A stretch of DNA of 64,000 bases from Flavobacteriales bacterium (GTDB taxonomy: Bacteria > Bacteroidota > Bacteroidia > Flavobacteriales > JANQLC01), in assembly GCA_028280815.1 (NCBI GenBank), contig JANQLC010000031.1, positions 23,269 to 87,268 of the forward strand. The letters run 5' to 3'. Below, in pieces: positions 1 to 9,298 of this stretch; position 1 is the first letter of the stretch, and each line of letters starts with the position of its first letter. Made by a program: the position numbers and the translations under genes. Below the pieces are notes generated by a model, which saw only the letters and a list, made by a program, of their open reading frames with translations, was not told the origin of the DNA and did no database searches.

Positions 1-1272
1 GCTCGCAATCAGCCGGTCGATATCCAAACCGGATGGATTTTGGAAGACCTCCAAGCCGAATTCAGCGGCAGCTGCCAATATGTGGTCGAAAATATCGGAT
101 TGAATCCGTTCGTATTGCACCCATTCTGCGGTGTTGGCAAAACAATAGACCTGCATGGGAACGCCATCCTTAGTCGGTTCTAACAGCCGAATCATCAGCG
201 TTTGACCCTGTGCCACATGGGGATGTCGCTTTAGGTATTCGCGGACGTATTCGCGAAAGATGCCGATATTCGTTTGATTTCTGCCGTTGGCCAGCTTGGA
301 TTTATCGGTGTGGTTTCGCTGGTTGAAGGCTCGGATTTCCGCCTGGCGCTCGGTTACGTAACTTTGGATTAACTCAAACCGCTTAAAATCTGATAGCGCC
401 GCTTCGTCTATAAAGCGAATGGACTTGATGTTGATGTAGATCGATCGCTTGATACGCCTGACGTGGAGCGCGCTGATCGGCTCGTTATTGGTAACCGTAG
501 AGGAGATGAGGGAATAGGTGGGTACCGTACTGATCGTCATGTCAAAATTGCGTATTTTGGCCGTTGCCAAGTTCACTTCGATAACCGTCCCATCTACATT
601 TTCGTCGGGTAGGGTAACCCAGTCGCCGACCTGGATGGATTTCGTCGCAGCGAGTTGTACACCCGAGACAAAGCCCAGAATGGTATCTCTAAACACCAGG
701 ATGATCACCGCTGAAAGCACACCTAGGCTCGCCAAGGTGGTTTTGATATCGATGTTGAGCAGGATGGAGATCAAAACCAGGAAGCCCATGATCACCGTGA
801 GCACTTTGATCAGTTGTGAAAAGGTGGAAACGGCAATGGTCCGCTTCCTGTTTTCGTGGGTGCCGATGATCTCCAGCGCCGTAATCGTATTGATGACAAA
901 CAAGACGATGACCACCAGAAATGCGACCTCGTATAAGACCTTTGCGTTTTCGACGAGAAAGGGGTAGTTCGATAGGAATAACGGGGTTAGAATTTGCAGG
1001 CCGATGATGGGTGCCAAATGCGCCAAGCTGTTAAAGACGCCTTTCTCATAAAAAATGTTGTCCCAACGACTGGTCGTTTTTAGGATGATCCTTTCGACTA
1101 TTGATTTCGTCACCCTTCGCGCGATCAGATCCAATACATAAGCGATGACAGCGAGGAGTAGTATGCTCGTAACCGCCACTAGAAACTCGCTCAAACCGGC
1201 GGGTATCCCCAGGCTTCGTAGCCAATTTTGGAGGAAACCGATTTTTGTCCCCGATGTCTCGCCTGCAATCAT
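1..1272 (-). CDS. Mechanosensitive ion channel, MscS family (YbdG/MscM-like); 3' end runs off the window
   Basis: Not in ORF track. Manual translation from ATG at 1272: MIAGETSGTKIGFLQNWL...KTTSRWDNIFYEKGVFNSLAHLAP..., several TM segments, GDWVTLP, C-terminal EVFQNPSGLD; open to position 1. Confidence 0.85.
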   Translation of the reverse strand, partial: MIAGETSGTKIGFLQNWLRSLGIPAGLSEFLVAVTSILLLAVIAYVLDLIARRVTKSIVERIILKTTSRWDNIFYEKGVFNSLAHLAPIIGLQILTPLFLSNYPFLVENAKVLYEVAFLVVIVLFVINTITALEIIGTHENRKRTIAVSTFSQLIKVLTVIMGFLVLISILLNIDIKTTLASLGVLSAVIILVFRDTILGFVSGVQLAATKSIQVGDWVTLPDENVDGTVIEVNLATAKIRNFDMTISTVPTYSLISSTVTNNEPISALHVRRIKRSIYINIKSIRFIDEAALSDFKRFELIQSYVTERQAEIRAFNQRNHTDKSKLANGRNQTNIGIFREYVREYLKRHPHVAQGQTLMIRLLEPTKDGVPMQVYCFANTAEWVQYERIQSDIFDHILAAAAEFGLEVFQNPSGLDIDRLIAS

Positions 1273-1286
1273 GGGTTAATTTTTTG

Positions 1287-1323
1287 CAAATGTAGCGTAA
1301 ATGGTGCGATTTTTTTACCTTTG
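1287..1323. promoter_or_regulatory. Divergent Bacteroidota -7 promoter elements: TACATTTG on minus (1287-1294) and TACCTTTG on plus (1316-1323)
   Basis: Both match the TAnnTTTG consensus and lie just upstream of the two divergent start codons. Confidence 0.6.
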
Positions 1324-1348
1324 CTCGGTAAATGGAAATGCTGTGAAT

Positions 1349-2089
1349 ATGGAAAGGCAAAAGAGTTCAAACCCAGTTCTCGTGCGGGCTTTTAAGCGGG
1401 TTGAAGCCCGGGTGAGCAGCGAGCCCATGACCCTCGGGGGTACGATGCGGAAAACCGCCCTTATGCTGGCTTTGGTCGTGCTGGGCGCCTATTACACTTG
1501 GGATTTATACAAGGGTGGTAGCAATGTGATACCCTATGCAGTAGGAGGCGCCATCGGCGCCTTGGTGCTCGGTTTTGTGATCCCTTTTAACGTCTCTGCG
1601 GCCAAATACCTGGCGCCGATTTACGCTGTGTTAGAAGGTTTGTTTTTGGGGGGCATTTCGGCCATTTTTGAGCTGAAGTACCCCGGCCTCCCCATGCGGG
1701 CCGTCGGCCTGAGCTTTGCCGTAGCCTTTGTCATGCTGGCACTGTATTACTTTCGGGTGATTCGCGTCACGCAAAGGCTGCGATCGCTGGTCATCGCAGC
1801 TACATTGGCCATATTGACCTATTATCTGTTTTCGTGGTTGGCCACCGCGTTTTTTAACTTTCAGCCCTTCGATATGAGTTCGAGCCTTCCCAGTATCGGC
1901 TTTAGCTTATTGGTCGTGGGTTTGGCGGCTTTCAACCTCTTGCTGGATTTCGATCTGATCGAGGGGGGCATCGAGCGAGGCGCACCCAAAGAATTCGAAT
2001 GGTATGGGGCATTTGGTCTAACCGTTACCCTGGTTTGGTTGTACTTTGAACTCCTCCGACTCTTAGCCAAATTGGGCAGCCGCAGCTGA
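1349..2089 (+). CDS. Bax inhibitor-1/YccA family membrane protein
   Basis: SSNP N-terminus, about 7 TM helices, LLLDFDLIE...GAPK.EWYGAFGL.VTLVWLY.E.LRLL motif; start set at ATG 1349, downstream of the promoter motif. Confidence 0.9.
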   Translation: MERQKSSNPVLVRAFKRVEARVSSEPMTLGGTMRKTALMLALVVLGAYYTWDLYKGGSNVIPYAVGGAIGALVLGFVIPFNVSAAKYLAPIYAVLEGLFLGGISAIFELKYPGLPMRAVGLSFAVAFVMLALYYFRVIRVTQRLRSLVIAATLAILTYYLFSWLATAFFNFQPFDMSSSLPSIGFSLLVVGLAAFNLLLDFDLIEGGIERGAPKEFEWYGAFGLTVTLVWLYFELLRLLAKLGSRS

Positions 2090-2094
2090 CGAGT

Positions 2095-2430
2095 ACGGTT
2101 TTAAAAGGGGCTTACTTTGAAAGCCCATACTGGTTTCGGTCGAAAAAGCCCAGCCCTGGCATCGGTCAGATTGAGAGGACTATATTGTGTTTTATTGTAT
2201 AAGGGGCAGACTGAAAGTTCAGTCTTTTTGTCTTCTCGGTTTTTATCCTTGCCTTTTTAAGGGCTTAAAAAGTCGGTTTTATTTTTGTGTTTGCCCGCTC
2301 GTGGCGATCTGAAAAAGAGGTCTCTTTTTGCTTTTGTTTTTGATCTTTTGTAAGGCTTTGAAAATCGGTGACTTGTCCTTGCTCTTACAGGTCATAGGGC
2401 TTATTTTTTTGCTTTTGCCCTTGAATCAAC
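2095..2430. repeat. Degenerate satellite-like array, family 1 (T-rich on +)
   Basis: Recurrent (C/T)T(G/A)AAAA(A)G-N3-5-GG(C/T)TTATTTTT(T)G units, e.g. cttaaaaagtcggttttatttttgtg, ctgaaaaagaggtctctttttg, gggcttatttttttgc. Confidence 0.6.
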
Positions 2431-2590
2431 GCGAGGGCTGTGCTGGGGTTTGGGCATTAAGCCTTTACGCGTATTGACGCAGCTGGCTACTATTTCTTAT
2501 GAGATGATGAGATAAAGGGAGGTGGAGCTAAAACCAGCCGCTTTTGCTGAATCGAGTTGGCGAAGTGTGTTTTCTGACGACAAATCGTTT

Positions 2591-2849
2591 TCATCCTTGG
2601 GTTATCACTTGAATGCCGTGGCTTTGGTGTAGGGCAGACAGCAGCTGATAGGTGGTCTCCGCATTCCAATTTTCGTCCGGTATCTCGGCGATTGCTGAAA
2701 CGTCAATCGGTTTCCTTTCATTTAGCTTGTCGATCGCTTTTTTTATGCATTTTCGGTTGTTTACCTCGATTTTCCTGCCTCTGACAAAGAGGCGTAATTT
2801 TTGCTCATCTGTCGATTTTCTGTACAGTAGGGGTAAAGGGTTCGACGAT
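2591..2849 (-). pseudogene. Start-less gene fragment, possibly the C-terminus of a cupin/JmjC-type RiPP-cluster protein
   Basis: About 80 open codons PLLYRKSTDEQKLRLFVRGRKIEVNN...WNAETTYQLLSALHQSHGIQVITQG* directly after the barrel gene stop; family assignment from memory only. Confidence 0.4.
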
Positions 2850-5318
2850 TTACATCGCTCGTCTCCGCTCTGTTTTATTGCCCGCTTCTCTTCGTTTTAC
2901 CTTTAAATCCCGACTGCCGAAGCGGTAGCTAAGGGAGAGTCGAAACGCCCGGCTATCATCGTATTCCACAAAACTGTATCTCGTGCTTTCCGAACACAGC
3001 CTTTCCTTATAAGTTCTGGTTTTTAAGATATCCCAGGCGAATAGGCTCAGGTTTAGCTGCTGCTTGAGCGCGGAAAACCGAAGGCCCAAGTCCAAGCTCT
3101 CCCTGGCCTTTGCCTTATATACGCCATCGAGCCATGGCGGTTCGTACCAAAAATTGACTTCTCCCTTAATCGTTTTGCTCGGGTTTAAAGCCAAGCGGTT
3201 ATCGAGTGAAAAGTAAGCCCCCCAACTCTGTACATCGTCGAGCTTTAGCTGTGGCTTAGTAACCTGAAATTGTCTGTAATAAACATTGATCTGACATTCG
3301 CTTTCCAGACCGCTTATCCGATTGAAAATATAAGCTGCATAAAAGTTATAATTATCAAGTCGGTAGTAATTTAAATACCGCAAGTAGGATATGCCGCTGC
3401 TTTCATCAAAGACCGGCGGATTGCCACTGCCCTGTGCGCATGGGCGAGATGCCTGCCCAACCGGGGTACGCATGCTGTGGATAACTGTGCCCTGTGCGCA
3501 TGGGCGAGATGTGTAAATAAAACATCTTGAAAATCGTATTCAAACTTTATGCTGTGGGTAAATGAAGGCTTGAGATAGGGATTCCCCTTTTCGTAACAAT
3601 AGGGTGTCAGAAATAGTTCAAAGGGGTTTAACATATGGAACTTGGGCCTGGAGATCCTTCTGCCATAGTACAAGCCAAAGCTGTGGTCATCATTGAGCTC
3701 GTATAATGAGGTAAGCGCTGGGAAAGAATTCGGTGTAGCTGTTTTTGTGCCTTTCTGCCAGTGTGATGGAGTTGCCTCGGGTCTGGGTGTGCTCCATCCG
3801 CAAGCCGAATTTGAATTTCCAATGCTCCTTTATCGCTCCTTCCCCTGAAAAGTACAGCGCATATACGTTTTCTACATACTCAAATGCATTGCTTCGCTTC
3901 TCATCTTTTACAGATGTAGCCATAGTGGTATTGAAGTGCGCATTGTCGCAATCGCTTTGCGAAAAGTACAGCTTGCCCCCATAGGAGAGCTGAGTCCATT
4001 TCAAGGGGGTGGTTACATCGATCTTAGCCGAATACATATCGAATTTTCGGGTTCTCACATCATTATACGCACTATAGCCTTTTGGTATGGGCGTAACGTC
4101 TCTGTATTGGCTCTGCGTCTTAGAATTCCTATCGAGTGAACGGCTGTAGCCGAAATAATCCAGATCGGCATTTAGTGTGCTTCCGAGGGTATCCAATTGG
4201 GCAATCGCGTGTAGGTTCAGCCCATTGGAATGGTCTTTTGACTGATCCTCAGATCTCGTATTGATTATTGAATCCACCGCCAGCGTCCGATTGTTGCTTA
4301 TCGCCGTGTGTGCCGTTCTATCGGTATGGGGGCGATCGAAACTGCCCGTGTAATCCATTCCCATAGTCCACTTTTTGGAGAACTTGTAATCCAGTCCCAG
4401 ACGACCGCTGAGCGATCGGATATAATACCTGTCCCTGTACTCGCTATCCCAAGCCTGACGGCTGTACTGTATGCTTTCGTCATCGGTTCCCCTTTCTGAG
4501 CCATTGTTATGACTAAGGTTACTGTAGAGGGATAGCTTACTTTTTTTACAGTTGAAAGACCCGCTGGCACTTCCTACGGGATAGGTGGCTTGTCTGTAGG
4601 AGCTTTGGAGAAAGGCATTCCAGTTGTCGGGGCCTAGGGTTTTCAGTTTGATATTGACTAAGCCCCCGCTTCCTTCGTCCTCGTACCGGGCTGGTGGCTC
4701 GGAGATGAGCTCAATGCTTTGGATGTCTGCTGATGGGATAGACTGTAAAAAATGGGCGAGCGCAGCGCCGGAGAGCCGCGATATCCGGCCGTTAATCATA
4801 ATGGACAGCCCACGGCCATCGATCAGCTGAATGGATTCGTCTCGCACGCGTAAGCTGGGCGTGGCCTTTAGTGCGTCTATGGCCGTTCCACCGGTTGCGG
4901 AAATGCTTCTGTCAACGTGAAACACGAGGCGGTCTGCTTTCCTTTCGATCAGCTTTTTCTGGGCGGTGATCGCCACTTCCTTCAAGGACAAGTCCGTATT
5001 CACCTGTATGGTCCCCAAATCGATGGACTGCACAAGACTTCTATCTCTTTGGTAGAGCCGCCTGCCGAATAGGCTGGCCATAAGGGCATAGGTTCCATTG
5101 GGCAGATTTAGGGTAAAGACGCCCGAAGTGTCGGTCAGGGTGCCACCCGCTATGGAGTCGTTCGTGGAAGCGGTTATCTGCAAGTATTGGACCGGGTGGT
5201 GGGTTTGATCTATAAACTTTCCCGACATCCTGTTTTGGCTAAGTACTTGCTGTATGGATAAGCCCCGCGATAACATGAGTAAACCGCTTTTCAATGCCTG
5301 GTGAAAAACTCCGTGCAA
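2850..5318 (-). pseudogene. Outer-membrane beta-barrel / TonB-dependent-receptor-like protein, frameshifted into three pieces
   Basis: Carboxypeptidase-regulatory-like N-domain, plug (KKLIERKADRLVF, SIELISEPPARYE), YGRRISRP...GNPYLKP, C-terminal SLSYRFG; frameshift near 3700 and a second disruption at 3428-3511. Confidence 0.85.
3428..3511. repeat. Two exact 24-bp direct repeats (TGCCCTGTGCGCATGGGCGAGATG) separated by 36 bp
   Basis: Copies at 3428-3451 and 3488-3511 read directly. Confidence 0.9.
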
Positions 5319-5394
5319 TATAATAATTTTTCTTCACCGTACAAAAGAACTGTGATACCATTTCATTATTATGCTGACTTGTATCAGACGATCA

Positions 5395-5960
5395 AACCTG
5401 AAAGTAGGGTTTATTTTTATTTTCTTTTCGCGTTTTTTCTTCTGCGCGGGTCTAAAGGAGCGGCTTTTTGTTATTTTCCGCTGTGTGCGTGTAAGCGTTT
5501 GGATTGGCGGGGCTGTCTTGTTCAGTGTGTTGGCGCGACTGGTTCGTTGAACCGATTGGGTCATACCTGTCGGTCTTTTGCTTATGCCTTTTCTGCGATT
5601 GACGTAGGCGGGTTTTGGGATGCATTGTTTTCTCGCTTGCATTTGGCGGGTTGAAAAAGGGCGGCTTGTTCTTTGTCTTTACTCTGCGAGGCTAAAAAGT
5701 GGGCTTTTTTGTGTTGGGCCGCTATGGAGCATCTGAAGAGCCGGCCTTATTTTATTTGTTTCCGCTCGGCTATAGTACCTCAATCCCTTATTACCCTAGG
5801 GCGTATTTGAAAGGTCGGGGTTGTTTTCTCTCTTGAAGGCCTCTGAAGAGTTGATCTCGTTTGTTTTTGACCTTGTTATAACGGTTTGGAAAGCGGGCAT
5901 TGTCTTTTGATTTTGTCGGCTGTAAGGCATCTGAATCCCTCGACTTGTTTTGTCGCTCTT
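5395..5960. repeat. Degenerate satellite-like array, family 1 with a short family-2-like GT-rich patch (T-rich on +)
   Basis: ctgaaagtagggtttattttt, ggttgaaaaagggcggcttgttctttgtc, gctaaaaagtgggctttttt, tttggaaagcgggcattgtctttt at roughly 40-bp spacing. Confidence 0.65.
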
Positions 5961-5980
5961 CTCGCGTTGGGCTGTGCTTT

Positions 5981-7018
5981 TCACTTTGGGATGGGTGTTT
6001 GTGATTCGGAGGCAAATTGGCTTAAAAAGCGCACGTCGTTTTCAAAGAATAGGCGTATGTCGTCGATTTGGTAGCGCAGCATGGCTATGCGTTCGATGCC
6101 CATTCCAAAGGCAAAGCCACTGTGGGTTTTGGGATCGATATTTGTATTTTCCAATACGTTGGGGTCTACCATGCCGCAACCCATGATTTCCAGCCAACCC
6201 GTACCCTTGGTGATTCGGTGGTCGGCTTCTGAGTTCAATCCCCAATATACATCTACTTCAGCGCTGGGTTCGGTAAAGGGAAAGTAGGAAGGGCGTAAGC
6301 GGATTTTTGACTTTCCAAACAGGGACTTGGCAAAGAACTGCAGCGTTTGTTTCAAGTCGGCAAAAGACACCCCCTTGTCCACGTACAAACCCTCTACTTG
6401 GTGAAACTGGAAATGGGAATGCGCAGCGATGGTTTCGTTGCGGTACACGCGGCCGGGGGCTAGGATTCGTATGGGGGGCTCGTGCTGTTCCATATAGCGA
6501 ATTTGTACCGATGAGGTGTGGGTGCGCAACAGCCGGTCGGGGTTTTTCTCTATGAAAAAAGTATCCTGCATGTCGCGCGCGGGGTGGTGCGCCGGCAGGT
6601 TTAACGCCGTAAAGTTGTGCCAATCATCTTCGATTTCGGGTCCTTGGGCAACACCAAAACCCATCCTTGAGAAGATGCGAATGATCTGGTTTTGAACCAA
6701 GGAAATCGGGTGGCGTGAGCCGAGGCAAACCGGAATACCCGGCTTTGTCAGGTCATCGATCTTCGGTGAGTCCACTGCATGAGCTTCTAAAGCGGCTTGT
6801 AAGGTGACTAATTTTTCTCGTGCCTTGTCCCTTAGCTCATTGAGCCTTTGTCCGAGGATTTTTTTTTGGTCTTTGGGTACGGCTTTAAAGGCCCGAAACA
6901 GCTCGTTTACAGCACCTTTTTTACCGAGGACTTGAATCCGGAACCGCTCGATGGCCGCTGGGTCAGCACTTTGGAAATCGGCTATTTCTTCTGACAACCG
7001 CGTTATTCTTTCAAGCAT
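5981..7018 (-). CDS. pheS: Phenylalanine--tRNA ligase alpha subunit
   Basis: HHPARDMQDTF, LLRTHTS, FHQVEGL, YFPFTEPS, GFAFGMGIER motifs. Confidence 0.98.
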   Translation of the reverse strand: MLERITRLSEEIADFQSADPAAIERFRIQVLGKKGAVNELFRAFKAVPKDQKKILGQRLNELRDKAREKLVTLQAALEAHAVDSPKIDDLTKPGIPVCLGSRHPISLVQNQIIRIFSRMGFGVAQGPEIEDDWHNFTALNLPAHHPARDMQDTFFIEKNPDRLLRTHTSSVQIRYMEQHEPPIRILAPGRVYRNETIAAHSHFQFHQVEGLYVDKGVSFADLKQTLQFFAKSLFGKSKIRLRPSYFPFTEPSAEVDVYWGLNSEADHRITKGTGWLEIMGCGMVDPNVLENTNIDPKTHSGFAFGMGIERIAMLRYQIDDIRLFFENDVRFLSQFASESQTPIPK

Positions 7019-7036
7019 GGTAGAATTTTTGTGATA

Positions 7037-7444
7037 TTAAGCGTGCTCCTTTTCGATTTTCCGAAATGTTTGGCTGAGGGTTTGGTTTTGGTCGAAGTAT
7101 TGGATGATGGCCCTTTTGATGAGCACTTGTTGTTCGCCAGCTTTGAGTTTGGGCAATTTTTCCAAAAGCTCAAAGTGGGGCCAGCCGTTTCGGTCCTTTC
7201 CCACAAACCGATAATAACCGTAGGGAATCAATAGGGTACAGACTCCGATATGCATCAGGTTCAGCTTGTCGTCTTTTTTGAATCGCTGGCGCGTCTTTCC
7301 CAATTCCTGCAAGCCGATGAGGTAGAGGGTACCTTCTAAGCCCACATCGCTTTGGGCTCCAAACTTTTTGGATACCATTTGTTGCACCGCCTGCCATTTT
7401 AAGGCGTGGATGCTTTTTTTGCCGTTTGTCGAACTGCCTGCCAT
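7037..7444 (-). CDS. Conserved Bacteroidota hypothetical protein
   Basis: LYLIGLQELG...FKKDDKLNLMHIGVC.LL.PYGYY...GWPHF pattern; start uncertain (7444 or 7510); -7 motif near 7523. Confidence 0.75.
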   Translation of the reverse strand: MAGSSTNGKKSIHALKWQAVQQMVSKKFGAQSDVGLEGTLYLIGLQELGKTRQRFKKDDKLNLMHIGVCTLLIPYGYYRFVGKDRNGWPHFELLEKLPKLKAGEQQVLIKRAIIQYFDQNQTLSQTFRKIEKEHA

Positions 7445-7912
7445 TTTGGGAAGGTGGGTATTTTTGCCATTTGTCGCAACGCTTTTAAGGAATGGATATG
7501 CTTTTGCCATTTGTTACAGACGCAAAGTTAGCTATTTACTATTTTTGTGTGGTTGCTCGATGAATACGTATGCCGCTCAAAAACACAAGAGCTACTAAGC
7601 CTTATCCCTCTTCTGATCTGAGTTGGGCTTTGTCGGAGGAACAGATGGGTTTTACGGCAAACCGCCGAGAGACCTTGTTGGGGTAGGCAGCTGGATTTCC
7701 CTTCGGGGTTTTAGGTTGGGCGCAACGCCTGGGCAATGGCTTTGGCTCAGTTGTTGACGGGGGTATTTTCGGACGTTCACTTGGATTTGTGCTGGATGGA
7801 GTGGTGAACACCACATCGGTGGTGAGCGACTCTCAATTGTGCCGTAGGCAGAAGCGCTGGATTTTTTGGATGCCACACACTTAAAAGGCGAGGCTTTAAA
7901 CTGGGTTAACGC

Positions 7913-8449
7913 ATGAGTTATATCGATATTATCTTGGGAGGCTGCCTCTTGATCAGCTTGATTTCCGGCATTAAAAAGGGATTTATCCACCAGCTGACCG
8001 GTTTTGCTGCGCTGGTAGTCGGCTTGTTGGCTGCGGTTTGCTTTTCAAAATATACGGCAGAACTCATCAGTGGCGTGATCGATTTGGGCGCAGCTGAGAA
8101 TATCCTTGCTTTTGTATTGACTTTTCTCATCGTTTTAATCGCTATTCGCGTACTTGGAAAGTGGATTCGTAAGCTAACCGCTGCGCTTATGCTCGGGCTT
8201 TTGGATAGGATTTTGGGGGGGCTGTTTTCCGTATTGAAATGGAGCCTTATCCTGAGTCTATCGTTGATTGTGTTTCATGCTTTCAACAGTCGGATAACCC
8301 TTGTCCAGCGAGCTGTTTTGTCTCGTTCCAAGCTCTATTATCCCATTAAAAGTATCATTCCCAGTCTCTTCCCAAGCGCACGGGCATGGTATGAGATGCA
8401 CATCAAACCGGCGGCAAGCGGCTTAAGACAGAAAGTAGAGAACGCTTAG
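7913..8449 (+). CDS. cvpA: CvpA family (colicin V production) membrane protein
   Basis: IDIIL...GIKKGFI, LDRILGGLF, SKLY motifs; 4 TM segments. Confidence 0.88.
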   Translation: MSYIDIILGGCLLISLISGIKKGFIHQLTGFAALVVGLLAAVCFSKYTAELISGVIDLGAAENILAFVLTFLIVLIAIRVLGKWIRKLTAALMLGLLDRILGGLFSVLKWSLILSLSLIVFHAFNSRITLVQRAVLSRSKLYYPIKSIIPSLFPSARAWYEMHIKPAASGLRQKVENA

Positions 8450-8930
8450 CTCGTAGTTCCAATATTGCCTGTTTTAACTTTGTGAATAGAAAGTGGACTG
8501 GGCAGGATAGATTCTGTATTTACAAGTTTTGCTAAGCCAGCATTGCTTTTTTCCGGTGTGAAAAAGATAGCTCGATCTGAATTACCTAATGCTTCCTATC
8601 GGGTGATGTAATACACACCTGGTTGGAGTAGAATCTTAGACGTGAGATTACTTGCGTTAAGGGGGTAGATTTTTTCTTTTGTCGCATAATCTCCATTTTC
8701 TTTGCGCTTTTCAACTGTCGCAATGCTAAGTCTGAGTTTACTGTTATCACTGAGATTAGCATTCATAACCTGTACATTTTTCCCTAGTTGAGAATGATTC
8801 CAAATCGTACGGCTTGAAGTTTAGCTCCTGGTGGATTAACTGTGTCTTGATCTTCTTCTCTGCAGCTGGCCAAGCGCAAAAGACTGGTAAGAGATGTAGC
8901 GAGTGTTGAGGATTTTAAATATCTAATCAT
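8446..8930 (-). pseudogene. Decayed lipoprotein paralog of the domain-A family at 39-43 kb
   Basis: MIRYLKSSTLATSLTSLLRLASC-REEDQD...LQAVRFG, frameshift, then ...SKILLQPGVYYITR*EALGNSDRAIFFTPEKSNAGLAKLV...LP; aligns to LPLPPGTYSLTHFKVLNGDGDLIYLSPREGSETAKYV in 42077..43120. Confidence 0.75.
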
Positions 8931-9298
8931 AATTGTGAAATTTATTATTTATAACAACCGATTAAACCCCTATAAAGGTACGGGCTTCACCTCTATACAT
9001 TTACAATCAAGCGTAAAAAAATCTCAACTCAGCTCGTAAAGCCCGGCATTACCTACAGTTCCAGTCTTTGTCACGATTCTGGCTCTAAGGTGTCGCTTTG
9101 CGTCTCGTTATAATTTGTTTACAGCATCCACTCCACTTTGGATTTAACCCCGTTTTGAATGGTGGACGCAAGTGATTTTACCGATCCCACAAAGTGATCC
9201 TAGGTGGAATCCATCATTTTTCAGAGGGCTTAAATCCAACTTATATGGGGGAGGAAAAAATAAAGCCTCGCCAGCTGCGCATTTCCTATTTTTGTCCC

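Noticed and set aside
518-967. 149-aa plus-strand ORF
   Set aside because: Antisense shadow of the MscS-family gene
3476-3484. Replication origin suggested by a perfect DnaA box
   Set aside because: Single box inside a pseudogene insert; no cluster of boxes or AT-rich unwinding element
7600-7900. Mildly G/T-rich spacer between divergent genes, as a further array or ncRNA
   Set aside because: No family-1 or family-2 units and no convincing structure
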